This document shows, one piece after another, positions 59,733 through 64,000 of a stretch of 64,000 bases of DNA. The notes beneath the pieces are model-generated. The model searched no databases. It saw only the letters and a list, made by a program, of their open reading frames with translations, and was not told the DNA's origin. Numbering within the stretch: position 1 is the stretch's first letter; the number at the start of each line of letters is the position of its first letter. The position numbers and the translations under genes are program-made. Source of the DNA: a bacterium UBP13_UBA5359. Lineage in GTDB: Bacteria; UBP13; UBA5359. The stretch covers positions 1-64,000 of the forward strand of contig DHPR01000027.1 of NCBI GenBank assembly GCA_002410925.1, given 5' to 3'.

Positions 59733-59842
59733 TCCTTATCATCTCCGTTTTAGCCCATAAATTTTTAGCCTTTTAACAGTATCCCGGCAGGCTATTCAGC
59801 CCTGACGATATTCTCCTTCTGCTAAATTTCCAACCCGCCGTA

Positions 59843-60436
59843 TCAATGCCCCAGAGACTTGAGTGCTTCACGAATAACGGCTTCAACCCCGTTCTCTCGT
59901 TCAGCCGCATCAATCCGTCTGACCGCCTCAGTTGCACGCTGACGGCTGTAACCCAGCTCCACCAGCACGGTAATAGCCTCAGCAACCGTATCGCCTATGC
60001 CGGCTGAGACTTCGCCTTCATCGATTAGCAGATCGTCTTTGATCTTATCCTTTAAATCCACTACAATACGTTCAGCCGTCTTTCGGCCCACTCCCTGCGC
60101 CTTAACTAGAGTCGCCACCTCACCCGTAGCGATAGCGGCCTTAAGGCGTCCCAGCGTATTAGAAGAGATCAGCATCTGAGCGACCTTGAGGCCAACGCCG
60201 GAAACTCCGAGCAGAAGTTCAAAAAACTCCCTGGCTTCTGCGGTAAGAAAACCTACCAGCGTTATGGCATCCGCTCTGACACAAGTATGTATATGAAGGC
60301 GTACCTCCTCACCCACAGCAGGCAACCTGGATATAGCCGATGGATGCAACTCCACTCGATAGCCTACCCCGCCAGCTATAATAATAACGTAATTCTCTCT
60401 AACTTCAAGCAATTCTCCTGCCAGATAAGCTATCAT
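59843..60436 (-). CDS. ruvA: Holliday junction branch migration protein
   Basis: MIAYLAG, GGVGY, L..VSGVG.K.A, GVGRKTAERI..DLKDK, L..LGY. Confidence 0.95.
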   Translation of the reverse strand: MIAYLAGELLEVRENYVIIIAGGVGYRVELHPSAISRLPAVGEEVRLHIHTCVRADAITLVGFLTAEAREFFELLLGVSGVGLKVAQMLISSNTLGRLKAAIATGEVATLVKAQGVGRKTAERIVVDLKDKIKDDLLIDEGEVSAGIGDTVAEAITVLVELGYSRQRATEAVRRIDAAERENGVEAVIREALKSLGH

Positions 60437-60918
60437 CCCAATCCCCTCATAGGCACTGCGTGAATATGGCAAACCGCCACCGCCATAGCGTCAGCTGCAT
60501 CATCCGGCTTAGGTATTTCCCGCAGCCCCAAAATACTCTTTACCATAAATTGTACCTGCTCCTTGGAAGCACGGCCATAGCCCACAACCGCTTGCTTGAC
60601 CTGAAGCGGCGTATATTCTGCCACCGGCAAGCCTGCATTGGCAGCCGCCAAAACAGCCACGCCTCGAGCCTGCCCCACAGCGATAGCCGTAGTCACATTA
60701 CGACAGAAAAAGAGCTCCTCAACCGCCGCTTCATGCGGTTGAAAAGCAGCAATCCTGGCACTTAGCTCCCGATAAATAATCTGCAACCGCCGGGCAGGAT
60801 CCTCTCCGGCCGTAGTGACAATCACCCCGTAATCCAATGCGCACAAAGACTGGTTTCGCTTTTCGATAAAGGCATACCCGGTTATAGCCGTACCGGGATC
60901 TATCCCCAGGACTATCAT
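60433..60918 (-). CDS. ruvC: Crossover junction endodeoxyribonuclease
   Basis: LGIDPG, EELFF, GQARG, EYTP.QVK.AVVGYG.A.K.QV, DDAADA. Confidence 0.97.
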   Translation of the reverse strand: MIVLGIDPGTAITGYAFIEKRNQSLCALDYGVIVTTAGEDPARRLQIIYRELSARIAAFQPHEAAVEELFFCRNVTTAIAVGQARGVAVLAAANAGLPVAEYTPLQVKQAVVGYGRASKEQVQFMVKSILGLREIPKPDDAADAMAVAVCHIHAVPMRGLG

Positions 60919-60937
60919 AATCCCACCGATAAATAGT

Positions 60938-60973
60938 AAAAAGAGCAGGAACGACCTCCGCTCCTGCCCTTTT
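60938..60973 (-). terminator. Intrinsic terminator between yebC and ruvC
   Basis: Minus strand AAAAGGGCAGGAGC-loop-GTTCCTGCTCTTTTT. Confidence 0.75.
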
Positions 60974-60993
60974 CAACTAGCAATCCCGCTGAC

Positions 60994-61740
60994 CTAACCG
61001 ATCTGCTCAAGAATATCCTCCGGGATGTCAAAATTAGAATGAACCTTCTGGACATCATCATGCTCCTCCAGCATATCCATAAGGCGCAACATCTGCTGAG
61101 CCTCCTTGCCGGCCAGAGCTATAGTATTTTGAGGAATCATAGTCACCTCGGAAGAAGTCGGTTTGTAACCCGCCTCTTCGACGGCCGTGCGCACAGCATC
61201 CAAATTCTCAGGCGCAGTCACTATTTCAAGAACGTCGTCATCACTCTTAATATCTTCAGCCCCGGCATCGAGCGTCGCCATGAGCAGTTCATCTTCATCG
61301 ATGCCTTGAGCATCTATCTGAATCAATCCTTTGCTATCAAACATCCAGGCTACGCAGCCGCTCTCACCCAGATTGCCGCCGCTGCGTGAAAAAATATTTC
61401 TGATCTCAGGTAATGTTCGATTTCTATTATCAGTCATCGCCTCAATGTAAACAGCTGCCCCCCCCGGACCGTAACCTTCATAAGAAATCTCCTCGTAAGT
61501 AACGCCTTCAAGCTCACCCGTTCCACGTTGAATGGCACGCTTGATATTGTCGGCCGGCATATTTACTTCCCTGGCCTTGAGCATGGCATTGCGCAGCCGG
61601 ACATTACTGTCAGGATCGCCGCCTCCTGTCCTGGCCGCCACAATGATCTCTTTGGTTACGCGGGTAAATGCTTTGCCTCTTTCGGCATCCATTTTACCCT
61701 TTTTCAATCTTATATTATGCCATTTGGAATGACCTGCCAT
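60994..61740 (-). CDS. yebC: YebC/PmpR family protein
   Basis: MAGHSKW.NI, NMP.DNI.RAI, YEGYGPGG, TDNRNRT, DDVQ.V.SN. Confidence 0.96.
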   Translation of the reverse strand: MAGHSKWHNIRLKKGKMDAERGKAFTRVTKEIIVAARTGGGDPDSNVRLRNAMLKAREVNMPADNIKRAIQRGTGELEGVTYEEISYEGYGPGGAAVYIEAMTDNRNRTLPEIRNIFSRSGGNLGESGCVAWMFDSKGLIQIDAQGIDEDELLMATLDAGAEDIKSDDDVLEIVTAPENLDAVRTAVEEAGYKPTSSEVTMIPQNTIALAGKEAQQMLRLMDMLEEHDDVQKVHSNFDIPEDILEQIG

Positions 61741-61956
61741 ACCTTAATTACCTTCCCTATATTAAATGTAGAACAGACTGTCCTATATTCCTTTTTCAAG
61801 CTTTCCTGCCTACAAGTTTACAAATTACATCATGATTTTATCATAAAACGGGTTCTTTTTGAAGCTACGATGTGGCAGCGGTGCATGTGAAGCGTGGAAA
61901 TATTTGGATATTCGGGCACATTTACAGCCTCAGCCACTCCTAAAACAGCCGATATC

Positions 61957-61985
61957 TTGCATAGCTTCTTTGCGTGTGATAGTAT
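61957..61985 (+). promoter_or_regulatory. Candidate sigma70 promoter for the ROK operon
   Basis: TTGCAT, 17 nt, TAGTAT with TGn extension. Confidence 0.5.
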
Positions 61986-62086
61986 GAAATAAAAGTTTTT
62001 CTTAATGAGTAAAAAAAGTCCTGTTCAATAGAGAATTCGGAGTTCCGTGATAGAACTCTGGCATAAAAAAGGAGGCAGATTGAAGA

Positions 62087-63487
62087 ATGGATATATCCGC
62101 TATTATTAAGGTTAAGCCCAAGTTTGTACCACCTCTGGATCAGGATTTTGTACCGGCTTCCCTGATCAACCGTAAATTCCGCGAACTGGTAAAGGAAAGT
62201 GGCGGCGGAGTTCCCCTAAAGCTAGCCTTGGAGAGAGCCGACGGTTCCATCTCTACCTACTCCACCTCGGTTTTTAAATCCGATTCGCCTTACGCACAGG
62301 CTAATCTACCGTATGTGGAGAGAATAGTCAAATTTCTTCTCTGGCAGCGAGGCAGCTGGAAGATTTACGTAGGCGGTCCTGCGGATATCGGCGAGTATAT
62401 AAAGAAGACTTACTCGGCCGATGGTGCCAGAGCCTTTGATGCAAATTTTATGGGCAATGTTTATGAACGTCCCTTCACTGTGGAGGTGACCGCCGTAGAT
62501 GATGTTCCCGGAGATGATGAAGAATCGATTCCGCTGGGACGGCATCTAGATGGCTGCCGCGTAGGCTTCGATCTGGGAGCCAGCGACCGAAAAGCCAGTG
62601 CCGTTATTGATGGAGAACCTGTTTACAGTGAAGAAGTGCCCTGGGATCCACGCAATGCTACCGATCCCGAATACCATTATCAAGGCATAATGGCTGCCAT
62701 CCGCCGTGCAGCTGAGAAACTGCCCAGATTGGATGCCGTCGGCGGCAGTGCAGCCGGAGTCTACATTAACAACCGCGTGCGCGTGGCCTCCTTGTATAGA
62801 GGTATTCCCAAGGATGAATTCGATGCCAAAATCGTCAATATTTTCCTGCGTATACGTGATGAACTCGGCGTGCCCATGGAAGTAGTCAACGATGGAGAGG
62901 TAACAGCTCTGGCCGGCTCAATGTCACTGGGAGAGAATCCTGTCCTCGGTATAGCCATGGGCTCCAGCGAAGCAGTCGGATATGTCAATGCCGCCGGCAA
63001 TATCACCGGCTGGCTTAATGAACTGGCCTTCGCTCCCATAGATTACAGGCCGAATGCACCGGCAGATGAATGGTCCGGCGATATTGGATGCGGCGTTCAG
63101 TATTTCTGCCAAGTTGGCGCCATCAGAGTAGCCGAGGGAGCTGGCATGGTCTTTGATTCCAATCTGAAACTACCGGAAAAACTGGTAGTGCTTCAGGAGA
63201 GAATGGAGCAGGAAGATCCCTTGGCCCGAAAGGTTTACGAAACGATAGGCACATCGCTGGGTTATGCCCTGGCTCATTATGCTGATTTCTACAATCTTAA
63301 CAGAGTGCTTATTCTAGGACGTGTTACCACCGGCAAGGGTGGCGATATCATGCTTGCCCAGGCAGAGCGGGTGCTAAAGGCCGATTTCCCGGAAATAGCC
63401 GATAAGATCAAAATCTCTCTGCCTGATGAGAAGAGCAGACGCGTCGGACAATCCATAGCTGCAGCCAGTCTGCCGGAGATTCAATAG
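62087..63487 (+). CDS. ROK family sugar kinase-like protein with N-terminal extension
   Basis: GGAGG RBS; GFDLGASD, GGSAAG, NDGEVTALAG, GIAMGSS, GWLNELAF. Confidence 0.85.
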   Translation: MDISAIIKVKPKFVPPLDQDFVPASLINRKFRELVKESGGGVPLKLALERADGSISTYSTSVFKSDSPYAQANLPYVERIVKFLLWQRGSWKIYVGGPADIGEYIKKTYSADGARAFDANFMGNVYERPFTVEVTAVDDVPGDDEESIPLGRHLDGCRVGFDLGASDRKASAVIDGEPVYSEEVPWDPRNATDPEYHYQGIMAAIRRAAEKLPRLDAVGGSAAGVYINNRVRVASLYRGIPKDEFDAKIVNIFLRIRDELGVPMEVVNDGEVTALAGSMSLGENPVLGIAMGSSEAVGYVNAAGNITGWLNELAFAPIDYRPNAPADEWSGDIGCGVQYFCQVGAIRVAEGAGMVFDSNLKLPEKLVVLQERMEQEDPLARKVYETIGTSLGYALAHYADFYNLNRVLILGRVTTGKGGDIMLAQAERVLKADFPEIADKIKISLPDEKSRRVGQSIAAASLPEIQ

Positions 63488-63496
63488 GAGGAAATC

Positions 63497-64000
63497 ATGA
63501 AGCTCAATAAAGAGACATTTGAAATATATGTTCCCGACGGGATTGACACCGCCGCCGCCCTGGCAAGAACTACGCACATGGCCGTTTCCGCTCATCAGGA
63601 TGATATTGAGATCATGGCTATGGATGGCGTGCTGCAGTGCTTCGGAAAATCCGATAAATGGTTTACAGGCGTCGTAGCCACTAATGGTGCCGGCAGTCCG
63701 CGCGACGGTTTCTATGCCGATTATAATGATGAGCAGATGAGAACTATCAGGCGCAAAGAACAGAAAAAAGCTGCCTATGTAGGAGAATATTCAGCTGCCG
63801 TCTTTCTAGATCATTCAAGCGCCGAAATGAAGGATTCATCCTATCCCGGCGCAATAGATGATCTGAAGGCATTGCTTCAGGTCGCACGGCCGGAAACGGT
63901 ATATGTGCATAACCCTGCCGATAAACACCCCACGCACGTTTGTACAGCTATCAGACTTATACAGGCCATAAGAAGCCTGCCCAAGGATGAAAGGCCGAAT
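63497..64000 (+). CDS. PIG-L family deacetylase (3'-truncated by window end)
   Basis: AGGAGG RBS, ATG 63497; MKLNK..AHQDDIE..TNGAGSPR..R.KEQ..A..HNPADKHPTH. Confidence 0.88.
   Translation, partial: MKLNKETFEIYVPDGIDTAAALARTTHMAVSAHQDDIEIMAMDGVLQCFGKSDKWFTGVVATNGAGSPRDGFYADYNDEQMRTIRRKEQKKAAYVGEYSAAVFLDHSSAEMKDSSYPGAIDDLKALLQVARPETVYVHNPADKHPTHVCTAIRLIQAIRSLPKDERPN

Noticed and set aside
61768-61790. LexA box upstream of yebC-ruv
   Set aside because: GAAC-N5-GTCC has the wrong spacing and a mismatch relative to GAAC-N4-GTTC

Overview
This is a 64-kb bacterial chromosomal window with mostly minus-strand genes. The organism looks diderm (Wza-type exporter, candidate outer-membrane beta-barrel) but has Firmicutes-style housekeeping genes (pyrR-led pyr operon, split sdaAA/sdaAB). 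That mix, plus a DUF1559-type pseudopilin, fits Armatimonadota or a similar lineage (inference only). Left to right: (1) A 14-kb surface-polysaccharide locus (wza, wzc, wzx, five glycosyltransferases, two radical SAM enzymes, a methyltransferase and an acyltransferase). It has a sigma54 promoter, a 15-bp hairpin covering the wza RBS, and a Wzc with a degenerate Walker A fused to a RodZ-like C-terminal domain. (2) AraC regulators, a pabB-pabC fusion, decayed toxin-antitoxin genes, a URO-D-family gene plus a URO-D remnant, and sdaAB-sdaAA. (3) pyrR-pyrB-pyrC-carA-carB-pyrF-pyrE-dut with a PyrR attenuator; CarA has Asn in place of the catalytic His. (4) A ~19-kb carbohydrate-utilisation region: LacI/GntR regulators, a prepilin/H-X9-DG protein, two paralogous secreted LamG + GH123/DUF4091-like enzymes built by module duplication, PHP- and MBL-fold hydrolases, and a five-gene sugar oxidoreductase operon with visible operators. 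(5) An orphan histidine kinase, yebC-ruvC-ruvA-ruvB-queH-queA, a ROK protein and a PIG-L deacetylase. I saw no rRNA, tRNA, CRISPR array, transposase or integrase. All calls come from reading motifs by eye; no database searches were run.
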